Shown: positions 23,410 to 36,456 of the stretch, one piece after another | Position numbering within the stretch: the stretch's first letter is position 1 | How the letters are laid out: each line of letters opens with the position of its first letter | Assembly: GCA_030390025.1 (NCBI GenBank) | Contig: CM059428.1 | Location: 66,774,001 to 66,838,000 of the forward strand | DNA: 64,000 bases | Source: Squalus acanthias | Taxonomy: Eukaryota | Reading direction: 5' to 3' | Position numbers and translations under genes: made by a program | The notes under the pieces: generated by a model | Seen by the model: only the letters and a program-made list of their open reading frames with translations | Databases searched by the model: none | Told to the model about the DNA's origin: nothing

Positions 23410-25994
23410 AATATCACAACAGGGAAGAGAAAGGGCACCTTGCTTCTCAGATGCACCACTGGAGGCCTTGGTCCTGTGGGTACAGAGAAGAAGACAGGTC
23501 CTCTAACCGCAGGGGGGCAGGAGGCCTTCCAGACAGAACGCCAGAAGGCAGTGGGAGGAGATAGCGCAAGCCATCAGTGCCACCAGTGTTCTGGATCTAG
23601 TGCCGCAAGAATGACTTCCCACGAGTGGTCAAGGTGAGTGATTTTACCTTCAAATGCCATATCCCACCAACTGCACCACTAGCCTCACACACTGCTCAAT
23701 GCACCATACCCCCATCACTCACCTACCAACAACCTCTAGCAATCACAACTCATACCTCACAATCCTAGTTTCACCTCATCCTCACACACTTACCACTGCT
23801 GCAAGACTCACACCCACATCTCACACCTTGCACACAATGTCAGCTATTTAGCCATGACAGGCACATCACCCAACCACATTGCGCCACACTCACTGACAAA
23901 CTTCCCTTTCTCCAGCAGGCCAAGGTGGCTCAGAACTGCCACGTGCAGCGGCAGAAAGGAGGCCTTGAGCCAGCTGGAGGAGATGGTGCTCGACATCTTT
24001 GGAGGGGAAGTCACTGAGGCGTGGCAATGGGCAAAGTTGAAGCCCTTGAGGACTATAACGGAATGGTCATTCATGATCCTTCTCACATCCCACTTCCCCC
24101 TCATCCCACAATCTGTTCTCACTTACAAGCTGCTGATGTTGTATGCATGGATATCTTGCTTTGCCCCCACTCCCCTCACCACAACCCAACTCTTGTGCCT
24201 TTCTGCTTTCAGATGACCAAAAACTGCCACCAGCACAGCCTGTCCTGGAGGAGAGTGAAGATGAAAAGGAAGGCACACCGTCACTGCATCTGACACTCGC
24301 AGACACCAGCTCAAAAACTGGCACTGCGTGGAATGTAGAGGGTAATATAGATGCGGGATCTGCACATGGTGAGGCACCGGGCATGAGTAGGCCGCAGCAA
24401 GGCCAGGGGGAAAGGGTAGCTCTTTCCAGGGGGAAAGGGTAGCTCGGGGGCCAGCTCCTCGGAGGGTGAGTTTGCACACGGGTTCTGCTGCACATGACTC
24501 AGATGATGACCTCGATGGGGCGGCCTTCAGAAGAAGGGTGATGGGCATGCACACGGAAATCCTAAGTGCAATGGCAAATCTGCCAGAGAGCCCCTTATCA
24601 GTTTCAAGGAGCATAGAGGAGTCCGGCTCCAACATTGGACGGGGCTTTGCGCAGAGCTTGGAGCCCATGATTTCCAGATTGGAAATGTTGGACAATTCTA
24701 GGAGAGACCTTGTGGATCCAGCCATGACCTCACTCACTAACACACTTCACTTTCTCTTGCAGGCCAAGGTGGCTGACAGCTGTGTGAACAGCAGCCACAG
24801 GTGGGGGTGAAGCACATCCGCACAACCTTACTGTGCTGGAGGAGGTGGTGATGGAGATAATTGGAGGGGCCGTCACTGAGGCTGTGGCGAGTGACAAGGT
24901 TGAAAGCATTGATGATGACGGTATGCTCACACCTTCTTCTCACACCCCACTTCCCTCTCATCGCACAATCTCTTCTCACTTACAAGCTGCTGATGGTGTA
25001 AGCATGCACATCTTGCTTCCTCTCTTCCCCTCACCATAACCCAACCCTTGTGCCTTTCTCCTTTCAGATACCCAAGAACTGCCACCGGCCCAGGCAGTCC
25101 ACAAACAACTAGATGAGGAGAGTGAAGGAGAAGAAGAGGCACCAGCACTCGATCTGATACTCCCAGGCACCAGCTCAGAAAATGGCACTGCGCAAACTTT
25201 AGAGGGTAGTATAGAGACGGGATATGCATATGGTGAGTCACCGGGCACTAGTGGAGTGCAGCCAGGCCAGGGGGGAAAGGTAGCTGAGGTGCCACATCCC
25301 CGGAGGGTGAGTTCACACACGAGTTCTGCTGCACTGGACTCAGATGAAGACTTCAATGGGGCGGCCTTCAGAAGAAGGGTGATGGGCATGCACACAGAAA
25401 TGCTTGGTGCAATGGCAGGCCTGCCAGAGAGCCTCTTGTCAGTGTCAAGGAGCATGGAGGAGTCCAGCTCCAACATTGCAAGGGGCTTTGCGCGGAGCTT
25501 GGAGCTCATGATTTCCAGGCTGGAAGTGATGGGCAACTCCATTAGAGCCCTTGTGGACCCAACCATGATGTTGGGTGTGATGAGTGATGTCACAGCTTCC
25601 ATTGCAGCACAAACGGAAGCGACCCAATGTCTGAGTGCTGCGGTGGAGGCTCAGACAGCTCTCACATAGTCTCAGCTTGCTGCCACGCAAGCTCAGACTG
25701 CTGCCATCATGGCTGGGTTTACGAGTGTGGAAAGAGGCTTGCAGGGTCTCACACTGTCAGCCAGCCAGCCCAGATTGCTGCTGCCCAAGCTGAGGTGGTG
25801 CAGTCTATAGCCGGGCCTTCTAGACCCAGAGCTGCTTGAGGTCATCCTGTAAAGCCATCTGCAGTGTCCCCCACGGAAAGTCAGCAACCTTCACCAGCCA
25901 TGGTGCACCCACTGGGGTAGAACTACGTAGGAGCACTAGAATGGGCAAAAGAACATGAAAGACAGGCACTAATGGAATGCACAAGGGTGATTAG
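23410..25994 (+). pseudogene. Harbinger Myb/SANT-like gene, decayed, exon 2-3 block present twice
   Basis: TGCCGCAAGAATGAC...AAG|GTGAGT at 23633; GSAAHDSDDDLDGAAFRRRVMGMHTE and SSAALDSDEDFNGAAFRRRVMGMHTE match copy 1 SSAAQDSDEDLDGEAFRR. Confidence 0.8.
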
Positions 25995-26164
25995 TTGACT
26001 TTGTTATGTAACATTTGCAATAATCATTTATAAATTATGTTTGGAATGTTTCTTTTGAGGTGGCTTTCATTTTAGCTTTGTACCCAAGAGGACGCTGTGA
26101 TGTTCCGCGACAGAAGGATGTTAAGGCGGGGAAGTGTCGAACAATGGTGATCTGGGATTTCATT

Positions 26165-27950
26165 CATTGGAATCGGAGTTTGATGAGGTGCTCACAGACA
26201 GCCTATCCAGAACGGGGATTTGCGGCCTGCCTCCTCCCTTCCTCCTTCTCTTCCTCCTCTTCCTCCTCCTCTTCCTCCTCTTCTTCCTCCTCCTCCTCTT
26301 CCTCCTCCTCCTGAGGCGGTCGCAGAATTCGTGATGGCAAGGGTTGCGCCCTCAGGATGGCCAACTTATGGAGGATCCAACAGACCATCACAAAATGGGA
26401 CATCTGTGTACTGAAGGGCTCCTCCCGAGCGGTCAAGGCAGCGGAACCGTTGCTTCAGCACTGCGATGGAATGCTTGATTAGGTTCCTCATGACAGCATG
26501 GCACGAAGTAACATTCGTGCCACACAAGTGCCAGGCAATGTCATTCTCCAACAACAGAGTCTAACCACTGCCCCATGGCAATCAACGGCATTACCATCAC
26601 CAAATCCCCCACCATCAACATCCTGGGGGTCACCAATGACCAGAAACTTAACTGGACCAGCCACATAAATACTGTGGCTACAAGAGCAGGTCAGAGGCTG
26701 GGTATTCTGCAATGAGTGTCTCACTTCCTGATTCCCCAAAGCGTTTCCACAAGGCACAAGTCAGGAGTGTGATGGAATACGCTCCACTTGCCTGGATGAG
26801 TGCAACTCCAACAACACTCACGAAGCTCAACACCATCCAGGACAAAGCAACCCACTTGATTGGCACCCCATCCACCACCTTAAACATTCACTCCCTCCAC
26901 CACCAACACACCGTGGCTGCAGTGTGTACCATCTACAAGATGCACTGCAGCAACTCGCCAAGGCTTCTTCAGCAGCACCTCCCAAACCCATGACCTCTAC
27001 CACCTAGAAGGACAAGGGCAGCAGGCACATTGCTGCAAGTTCCCCTCCAAGTCGCACACCATTCCTTCATAGTCGCTGATTCTAAATCCTGGAACTCCCT
27101 CCTTAACAGCACTGTGGGTGTACCTTTACCACATGGACTGCAGCGGTTCAAGAAGGCGGTTCACCACCACCTTCTCAAGGGCAATTAGAGATGGGCAATA
27201 AACCAGTGACACCCACATCCCGTGAACAAATAAAATAAATTACGTGACTGCTGGCCACGAGTGGTGGAGTTGCGGAGGGGAGTCATCAGCTAGGTGTAGA
27301 GTGGATAGCCCTTGTCTCCGAGCAGGCACCCTCGGGTTCGACGTGCTGGCTGGAAGATTGCTGGCATAGCAGACTGATGTAGGATGAAAGCATCATGACT
27401 GCTGCCAGGATACCGGCCATTCACCATCATGATGTGCTGGGCGTGGTCACACACCAACTGCACATTAAGTGAATGGTAGCCTTTGCAGCTGCAGTACATC
27501 TCAGGATTGATATGCGTCCTGCTTCTCTCTGTTCAGGAAGAAGACAATGAAGTCCCTTCTCCTGGAGTACAGAGCCTCTGTGACCTCCCGGATGCAGCAA
27601 TGGATGGCAAAATGGGAGATGTTAGCTATGTTGCCCACTCCAGACTGAAAGGATCCAGTGGATAAAAAGTTTAGGGCCACGGTCACCTTGAGGGCCACTG
27701 GCAGCACTTTCGTCACCCTGCTCTGAGGCTGCAGGTCTGGTTCAAAGAGGTGGCAGAGTTCTGTGACCACCTCCTTGGTGAAGCGGAGCCTCCAAATACA
27801 ATGCTCCTCACTTAAGTGCAGGTAGGAGAAGTGCTCTCGGATGACCCTCGAAAATCCCCCTGCTGAGAGCCCTCCTGTCCCTCCTCCTCCTCCCTTTAAA
27901 TATCTCTGGTGGAGAGTCCCTCGTGCAGCTGAATGCATGTTCAGCTATGC
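26165..27950 (-). pseudogene. Harbinger transposase, decayed and split by a LINE
   Basis: HCIWRLRFTKEVVTELC, ALKVTVALNF, KGYHSLNVQLVCD, PGSSHDAFIL, LLGDKGYPL, VLKQRFRCLDRSGGALQY, poly-E tail. Confidence 0.9.
26505..27241 (+). mobile_element. 5'-truncated Zenon-like LINE inside the transposase
   Basis: HKAQVRSVMEYAPLAWMSA...IQDKA; tail AAGGGCAATTAGAGATGGGCAATAAA...AAATAAAATAAAT. Confidence 0.9.
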
Positions 27951-28451
27951 ATGCTTTGGAGAAGGCGTACAGTCGAACGGCGAAGTCAAATCAGTGTTGC
28001 ACACTGATTGAAGTCACGACCTGCCTCCTTTACATTCCTCTTCCGAACACAGGCAACAGCCGCACTACCGACCTGCTCAAAATGGCAAAGTGGCCAGAAG
28101 CGAGGCGGCCACCATTTTTCTGCTGAAACCGGTTTTAACTGCTGGCGCTGAGGGGGTAATTTTGCGGCCCCTGCCTTTCTAACCATTGCTATATTTTGTG
28201 GAAGAGCGGCTGTGGTGCAATGGCACAACCAAGGAACTCAGCAGGCCAGGTTTCAGAAAGGTTACTTGCTACCTGTAATGCAAGGATTAGCAGCTCATGA
28301 TTACCACAGACGGATGTGGACTTTAAATGAATCAATAATGTAGCCAGTATAGTGACTATTTTCAGTTGACTATAAGATTAACTACTTGACGAGTCAATGC
28401 CCTCATAAAGTTCAGTCACATTTTTTCTTTCTTTATAGTGAGTATTGGTTA

Positions 28452-28590
28452 CACTGGGAATTTCCTCGGGGGTTCTCCCCATCGGCTGCTGTAACTTCGG
28501 TGGAAAGGCGACAAAAACCCCATTTACGCATCTACCTTCCACCAAAGTTACCACTGTTGATCAGGAGAACGGCCGAGGACGATTCTTGGA
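28452..28590. mobile_element. MITE family A copy
   Basis: GTAACTTCGGTGGAAAG / CCTTCCACCAAAGTTAC inverted pair flanked by GTTCTCC / GGAGAAC. Confidence 0.6.
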
Positions 28591-29217
28591 GTAATCAACA
28601 ATCTTCATTGAAGAGTCGTTTCATTTTTTTAAAGCTGACAATTAATATAAGTTTGAAGATTGAGCTATTTTTTAAATGCAGTGGTGAAGATCTCTTTAAT
28701 CGTGTCGCTGATTGAGTTTGGTGCAATTCTTAGTGACTCATTTGAAAATCTAGTCCAAGGAAGTCAATTGACTGTATCATAAATTTCTGAAAAAAAGCTG
28801 ACTTTCTTTTTTCCAAGGGAATGGGGACTTCTTTGATTGTTAATTTGGAATAACAGCTTTAGGATGTGATGAAAGAGTTTGCAGCTACACAGTGCAGATG
28901 TGATTCTTGATCCAGATGTACTGCACATCTGTGTACCATAGTTCAATTCACCAAGGAATTTCACACAGAGAGCAATGTGGCTAACATATCTGTTTCACTA
29001 GTCAGTTGGAGTTGCACAGAATTTCCTCACAGGGCATCATGCTCTGATGATTATTTATATGTCTGTGAATGTTGGTTATCAGTATTCAATAGGAAAAGGT
29101 ATTATATACATTTGCTGAAGCTCCAATCATCTATTTTCTGTATGTTTTACTTGCAAAATACTACCCATAAATCACAAATTAAGCAATAATGAAGGAGAAC
29201 CAAGCACCGAGAACTGA

Positions 29218-29760
29218 GATGCTGTGTGCAAATTGGCTGAAATTTCCTACATTACAACAGTGACTACACTTCAAAAAGTGCTTCATTGGCTGTAAAGCAT
29301 TTTGGGACATCCTGAAGTCATGAAAGGCATCATATAAATGCAAGTTCTTTGCTTCTTTCTTCTTTTACCATAGCAGGGATTGAACTTGTGTCACCAGTGA
29401 CTGAGGACGAGGCAATTTCACCCATACTGGCCTTCTGATGCTGTAAAAGAAAGAAAAACATTGCACATATATTATAGTAATTCTCTTGTCCCCAGGAAGT
29501 CCCAAATTGCTTTATAATCAATTAATTACTGCTTGAAGTGCAGTTACTGTTTTTATGTAGGCAAACACTGCACAGCATGTTCCCACAAATAGCAAAAGAA
29601 TGAATGACCAAATAATCTATTTTTGGTGGTAATGGTTGATCGCGGAATGTTGGCTACTACACCAGGCAAACTCTGTTATTCCTTGATTAATGCTATGGGA
29701 TCTTTTACATTCACCTGAGCAGACAGATGAGGCCGTGGTACAACATTTCATCTGAAAATA
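29218..29760. mobile_element. Two DeuSINE-type pieces tail to tail (+ 29218-29360, - 29450-29760)
   Basis: TACAACAGTGACTACACTTCAAAAAG...TATAAATGCAAGTTCTTT on +, and its reverse-complement family sequence on -. Confidence 0.7.
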
Positions 29761-30299
29761 GTTTCAGACTTGACATTGCATATGTGAGTTATTTGTCATA
29801 TTAAAGTATGTGATAAAAAGGGTCAATCATGTTTTTATTCATTCTCAGGATGTGGGCAATAGTGGGAAGGCCACATTTATTACCCATCCCTAATTACTCT
29901 GAAAAGTTAGTGTTTGGTCTTCTCCTTGAGATTATAGCCTTTGTGGTGATGGTACTCCCACATCATGTTAGATAGACAGTTCCAGGATAGTGACACAGCA
30001 ATAATGAAGGATCAGTGATATACAGCCATGTCAGCATAATGTGTGATTTGGATAAGAAATTAGACGTGATGGTCTTCCCATGATATTGTTGCTCTTGTCC
30101 TTCTTGGTGGTAGAGGTTGCAGGGGAGTGGGGTATTTTTGAAGTAACCTTGATGAGTTGCAGCAGTGCATCCTGTAGATTGCATATATTGCAACCACTGT
30201 GTGCTAGTGATGAAGGGGATTGAGTCCAGTGGCAAGGACACCAATCAAACAAACTGATTGGTGTTGAGCTTCTTGATTGTTTTGCAGCTGCAGCTCCAG

Positions 30300-31980
30300 G
30301 CTTCTGACTTAACCATTAAGGTTCCCTCCTGACCTACCCCTAAATTTGCATCTTTCTCTGGATTCTCTCTTATCTCCCCTCATGCCCTCTCCAAACTCAA
30401 CTTGTCCATGAGACCCACATCCTGCTCCATCAAACCTATTCCAACCAAACTGATGACCACCCAACTTTCCTTCCTGGCCTCCATGTTAGCTGATACTGTT
30501 AACGGTTCCCCCTCCTCAAGTACTGTCCCCCTCCCCATCAAATCTGCCATCATCACCCCTTTCCTCAACAAAAGAAACCCTTGACCATTCCCCCCCCTCC
30601 CTCCCCCCGGTCCTTGCAAACTATTGCCCCATCTCCAACCTCCCTTTCCCCTCAAGTCCTTAAACGTGGTGTTGCCTCCCAAATCTGTGCCCATCTTTCC
30701 CGCAAATCCATGTTCGAACCCCTGCAATCGGGTTTCCACCCCTGCTACAGCACTGAAACAACACTTATCAAAGTCACAAATGACATCCTATGTGACTGTG
30801 ACCATAGGTAAACTATCCCTCCTCATGCTTCTCGAACTGTCTGCAGCTTTTGACATGGTTGACCATGCCATCCTCCTCCAACGCCTCTCCTCTGTTGTCC
30901 AGCTGGGTGGGACTGCACTCGCCTTGCTTCCATTCCTATCTATCCAGTCGTAGCCAGATAATCACCTGCAATGGCTTCTCTTCCCACTCTCGCATTGTTA
31001 CCTTTGGAGTCCCCCAAGGATCTATCCTGGGCCCCCTCCTATTTCTCATCTACATACTGCCCCTTGGCAACACCATCCGAAAACACATCAGGTTGCACAT
31101 GTATGCTGACGCCAGTACTGGATGAGCAGAAATTTCCTCCAACTAAATATTGGGAAGGCGAAACCATTGTCTTCAGTCCCCACCACAAACTGCGTTCCCT
31201 AGCCACTGACTCCATCCCTCTTCTTGGCCACTTTCTGAGGCTGAAGCACACTGTTCGAAACCTTGGTGTCCTATTTGACCCTGAGATGAGTTTCCGACCC
31301 CACATCCACTCCATCACCAAGACTGCCTACTTCTATTGCCATCTCAGAGCTTCCTCAGCTCATCTGCTGCTGAAACCCTCATCTATGCCTTTTTTACCTC
31401 AAGACTCGACTATTCTAATGCTCTCCTGGCAGGCCTCACATCTTCCACCCTCCGTAAACTTGTGCTCATTCAAAACTGTTGCCCATATCCTAATTCACAC
31501 CAAGTCCCGTTCACCCATCACCACTGTGCTCGCTGACCTACATTGGCTCCCAGTCTGGCAACACCTCGATTTTAAAATTCTCATTCTTGTTTTCAAATTC
31601 TTTCCATGGCCTCCCCCCTCCCTATTTCTGTAACCTCCTCCAGCCCTACAACCCTCCGAGATCTCTGCGCTCCTCCAATTCTGGCCTGTTGTGCATCCCT
31701 GATTTTAATCCCTCCACCACTGCCGGCTGTGCCTTCAGCTGCTTAGGCCCTAAGCTCTGGAATTGCTTCCCTAAACCTCTCCGCCTCTCTATCTCTCTCT
31801 CCTCCTTTAAGACGTTCCTTAAAACCTATCTCCTTGACCAAGCTTTTGGTCATCTGTTCTAACATCTCCTTATGTGGCTTGGTGTCAAATTTTGCTTGAT
31901 AACGCTCCTGTGAAGCGCCTTGGGATGTTTTACTAGATTAAAGGTGGTATATAAATGCAAGTTATTGTTGTTGTTGTTGT
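30300..31980 (+). mobile_element. 5'-truncated L2 LINE (RT, frameshifted)
   Basis: [70 protein letters not shown]; tail ATATAAATGCAAG(TTG)n. Confidence 0.93.
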
Positions 31981-33280
31981 AGTAGATGGTGGAGAGGCTT
32001 TGAGAGGTCAGGATGTGAGCCAATCATCACAGAGTACCCAGCCTCTACCCTGCTCTTGTAGCCACAATGTTGATATAGCTGGTTGAGCTTCTGGTCAATG
32101 GTAACCCTCATGATATTGATGATGGGGACTTGGTAATGGTGATACGGTTGAAGGTCAAGGGGAGAAGACTGGGCTTTCTCTTCTTCTAGATGGTCAGTCC
32201 ATGGCGCTTATGTGTCATAAATGTTACCTGCCATTTTACAGCCGAAGCCTGGATGTTATCCATGTCCTCCTTCAGGCTGGCATCGGCTGCTTGATTATCA
32301 GATGAGTTGTGAATGAAACTGAACACTCTAGAATCATCAGAGAACATCTCCACTTCTGATCTTATGATGAAGGGAAGTTCATTGATGAAACAGCTGAAGG
32401 TGGTTGGGCTGGGAATTCTTCCATGAGGAACTCTTGCAATGCTGTCCAGGCTCTGATAACTGGCTTCTGACAACCACATCATTAACTTTTGCATTAGGTA
32501 TGACTGTAGCCACAGAAGTTTTTTCCTTTGACTCCCATTGACTTCAGTTTTGCTACAGCTCCTTGGTGCCATAGTTGGTTGAATGCTGCCTTGATGTCGA
32601 AAGCCGCTACTCTCAGCCCTCCTCTGGCATTCAGCTCTTGCATCCACGTCTGGATCAAAGCTATGATGAGGTATGGAGTTGAGTGTTTTTGGTGGAACCC
32701 AAACTGATTCATCTGGCATTAATTTCTATGGTAGTTCTCTCGATTGTTTGCCAGAACTTCAATGAAAGATATGCAGAGCCCCCAGAAAAGCGACGTAAAC
32801 ACCAGATCCGTGGAACGTCCTTCAAAGTTATGGGCCTAGAAATTGGAGGTGTTAGCAATGGCCGTTAAGGCTCATTTTGGAAAAAAAAATTCAGCTGGGT
32901 GGCAGCGCTGCCAATGCCTGTGATCACTGGGGATATGTAAATTATGCAGATCGTGACGTTAGTGAGTGTGCAACGCTCACCTGATGCCCAATCTGCCATT
33001 TTCGAGTTTGCCACTCCAATTACCAGTCTGTGTTAATTACAACCAGCTGACCAAGCGTGCACAAGTAGGAAGGAGCCTCCAGCAGCATTATTGAAAGGGA
33101 TCATCAGTAACTTGCAGCTGACATGCTTTTTCAGTTTGACTGGCTCTGTGTAACTTTCTGCAACTCTAGCGGCTTTCTATACTTGTTTCAAGTTCCTAAG
33201 GTGACAGGGAGTGTTAGAGCAAGTGGAGAACGCCTTCATTCTTATTTAAAGGCTTCTGCTCACAACACTTGCTCACAGTC

Positions 33281-34431
33281 ATGGGGGCTCTACTGGCAGT
33301 CCCCCTCACACTCGAGTATCTTAGGGAGAGGGAGTGGAGGCAGCAAAGAAGAGGAGAAGATGCGCACAGAGGGAGGAGGAGGAGGAGGACCAGGAGAGCT
33401 CTCAACAGAAGGCCTTACCCACTTAGAGTCTTCTGAGAGCACTTCTCTTATCTCCACTTAAGCGAGGAGCAGTATATTAGGAGGCTCCACTTCACCAAGG
33501 AGGTGGTCACAGAACTCTGCCACCTCCTGCAACCAGACCTGCAGCCTGAGAATAGGGCGACCATGGCTCTCACAGTAGCCCTCAAGGTCACCATTGCCCT
33601 CAATTTCTTCACCAGTGGATCCTTCCAGTCTGCAGCAAGAGAAATAGTTAACATCTCCCAGTTTGCCATCCATCACTGCATCCGGAGTCACAGAGGTTCT
33701 CTACACCAGGAGAAGGAACTATGTTGTCTTCTCTCTGAGTAGAGAGAAGCAGGAGGAGTGCGCATGTGGCTTTGCTAGGACAGCGGGCTTTCTCATGGTG
33801 CAGGGCGCAATCGCCTGCACTCACGTGGCTTTGCGGGCGCCGTATAACAATCCTGAGCTCTTCCGCAACCGCAAAGGCTGCCACTCACTTAATGTGCAGT
33901 TGTTGTGCGACCATGCCCAACGCATCTTGATGGTCAATGCCCGCTATCTTGGCATGATGCCTTCATCCTGCGTCAGTCTGCTGTGCCCGCAATCTTCCAG
34001 CCACCACGTCAAACCCGAGAGTTGCTGCTTAGAGACAAGGGCTATCCGCTCTGCACCTGGCTGATGTCTCCCCTCTGCAACCCGACCACTCTTGCCCAGC
34101 ACTCATTATAATGAGAGCCATGCTGCCACCAGGAACATCATCGAGCAGACCATCGGGCTACTGATGCAACGGTTCTGCTGCCTTGACCGCTTGGGAGGAG
34201 CCCTCCAGTACTCGGCAGAGCGGGTGTCCCATTTTGTGGTGGTCTGTTGCATGCTTCACAACTTGGCCATCATGAGGGTGCAGCCCTTGCCAGCAGGGAT
34301 TGCGGGACCACCTCAGGAGGAGGATGAGGCAGAGGAGGAAGAGGAAGAGGAGGAGGACGAGGAGGCAGGCAGCAAATCCCCCTTCCCGACGGGCCATCCA
34401 TGAACGCCTCATCAGACTCTGATTCCAATGA
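33281..34431 (+). pseudogene. Harbinger transposase, multiply frameshifted
   Basis: MGALLAVP start, ALKVTIALNFFTSGSFQ, QGAIACTHVAL (first catalytic D to A), RDKGYPL, TRNIIEQTIGLL, CCMLHN. Confidence 0.92.
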
Positions 34432-35125
34432 ATGAAACCCTAAATCCCCGTTGCTCACCACATCCCCACCATACCATCCCTCTGTCATGGAACATCACAG
34501 TGTGCTCTTGGGCACAAAGCTGAAATGATTGCCATCACAAAACAAACATTCCAAACAAAATGAATACATTTATTTAAAAAAAGACTTGCATTTATATAGC
34601 ACCTTTCACGACCACCGGACCTATCCTACCCTCTACATTCTGCACAGTGCCAGTCTCTGAACTGGTGTCTGCGAGTGTCAGATGCAGTGATGATGTGCCT
34701 TCCTTTTCATCTTCACTCTCCTCCATTACTTTGGGGACAGGCTGTGCGGGTGGCAGTACTTGGTCATCTGAAAGCAGAAAGGCACAAGAGCCGTGTTCTG
34801 CTGAGGGGAGGCGGGGTGGAGCAAGATATCCATGCATACACCAGCAGCAGCTTGTAAGTGAGAAGAGATTGTGGGATGAGGGGAAGTGGGATGTGAGAAG
34901 AAGGATTAGGAATGAGCATACCGTCATTGTCAGCAAGGGCTTCAACTTCGCCCGTTGCCACGGCCTTGGTGACTTCCCCTCCAATGATGTCGCGCACTGT
35001 CTCCTCCAGTTGGCTCAAGGCCTGTAAAGCGGCTTGGCTGCCTCCTGTCTGCCGCTGCTCCTGCTGACTGTGAGCCACCTTAGCCTGCAAGAGAAAAGGA
35101 AGTGTGTGAGTGAGTGTGGTACAAT

Positions 35126-36020
35126 GGGGGAAATATTCGGTTGCTTTGCGCCTCCCATTAGCGCCTTAAGAGGGCGCTAATGGGGCGCAAAGCAACTAGT
35201 GCCCGGGTGCGGCAATGTTTGCGCCACTCGCGAAATTGACCAGACATTTTGCGGCGGCGCTAAACACTACCACCACGATCTCCTGCAGCCGCAGATCATG
35301 ACGTCAGTTGAGCGTGCAACGCCCCGGTAGCGCCCCGGACCGGATATTGAGTGGTGTCCCCTGCCTTTCCGCCTGCCACTAGCAACAACAGGTTGAGGGG
35401 AGCATTTTGCAGTCAGGAAGGGACTGGGGGAGCGTATTTAAAGGTGGCCGCTTCCTGCCTTTTTTTGTCGGCGACATTTTTGCACCACGCATTCTGAGAG
35501 AGAGAGAGAGAGAGACTTCTAGAAAGATTCAACACTGTGTGAAGGAGTTTTGGGTACTGAGCAGCACTTTGCAGGTTCATTTTGATTTGACCTTCCTTGC
35601 ATCGATTTCGAAGAGACTATGGGGGCTGCACTCTGAGCTCTTTCCCTGGGCCTCTCCATTGTTCTTTCCAGCAGAATTGATGTACAGGGCTCTCCAGGCT
35701 GAGATTCAAGGCTGCAATGAGCAGGGTGTGGATGGGGAGCAAGATCGACCCTTCCCTTTAAGAACTGGCCGGCGCCAGTGTGTCTGTGTTCCATTGCTGA
35801 CTGACATCACATGAGCTTCGCCAGCGCTCTGAGGTAGCGTATCGCTCCTCGGTGTTAGCGCCTTAAGAGAGGTGTGTAGCGCCTGATTTAGCGCTCGAAT
35901 CACTTCCAGGGGCGATAGAAGCCAAGTTTGCAGTCGGAGGCGATAATTAGCGCCAGGCGCTAAACTTTGCACCCAGACGATAATTGCGCCCCAAACGGGG
36001 CAATACCGAATTTCTCCCCC
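35126..36020. mobile_element. 895-bp non-autonomous Harbinger-type element in Myb intron 1
   Basis: TIR GGGGGAAATATTCGG / CCGAATTTCTCCCCC and TSD AAT. Removing it restores GTGTGGTACAATGTGTTTGGGTGATGTGCCTG, as in copy 2. CpG-rich with many GCGCC subterminal motifs. Confidence 0.92.
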
Positions 36021-36456
36021 AATGTGTTTGGGTGATGTGCCTGCTATAATTGAATGGCTGTCAGTGTGTGCAGGGTGTGAGATGTGAGTGTGAGTGTTGC
36101 AGCAGTGGTATGGTTGTGAGGGTGAAGTGAAACTGTCATTGTGTGGTCTGAGTGGTGATAGGTAGAGATTGTTGGTAGGTGAGTGATGGGGGTGTGGTGC
36201 ATTGAGCAGTGTGTGAGGCTTGAGGAGCAGATGGTGGGATATGGCATTTGCTGAAGCCTTCACTCACCTTGACCTGCCGTGTAAGGTCATTAAACTTCTT
36301 GCGGCACGGGATCCATATCCGCGGTACAACACTGTTGGCCGTGAAGTACCTAACTATCTCTTGCCAGAGCCTTCTGCAAGTGTGCTTTGATGGTTTCCTG
36401 CCACCACGTGGGAACAGGACACCCCACCTTCTCTCCACTGCCATTACCAATGCCTC

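Larger units (their letters stand above)
22912..28171 (-). mobile_element. PIF/Harbinger copy 2 (Myb gene on +, transposase on -), with internal duplication and two nested retroelements
   Basis: Left end GGGGGTGAAATTGGATTAGGCTCGAAAACGGG matches the Myb-side end of copy 3. Right end TAATTTTGCGGCCCC is an imperfect match and no TSD is recognisable. Confidence 0.82.

Noticed and set aside
36248-36456. N-terminal extension of the 563-aa ORF as a novel RT fusion
   Set aside because: It is the antisense strand of the Harbinger Myb exon, open by chance, with a non-ATG start.
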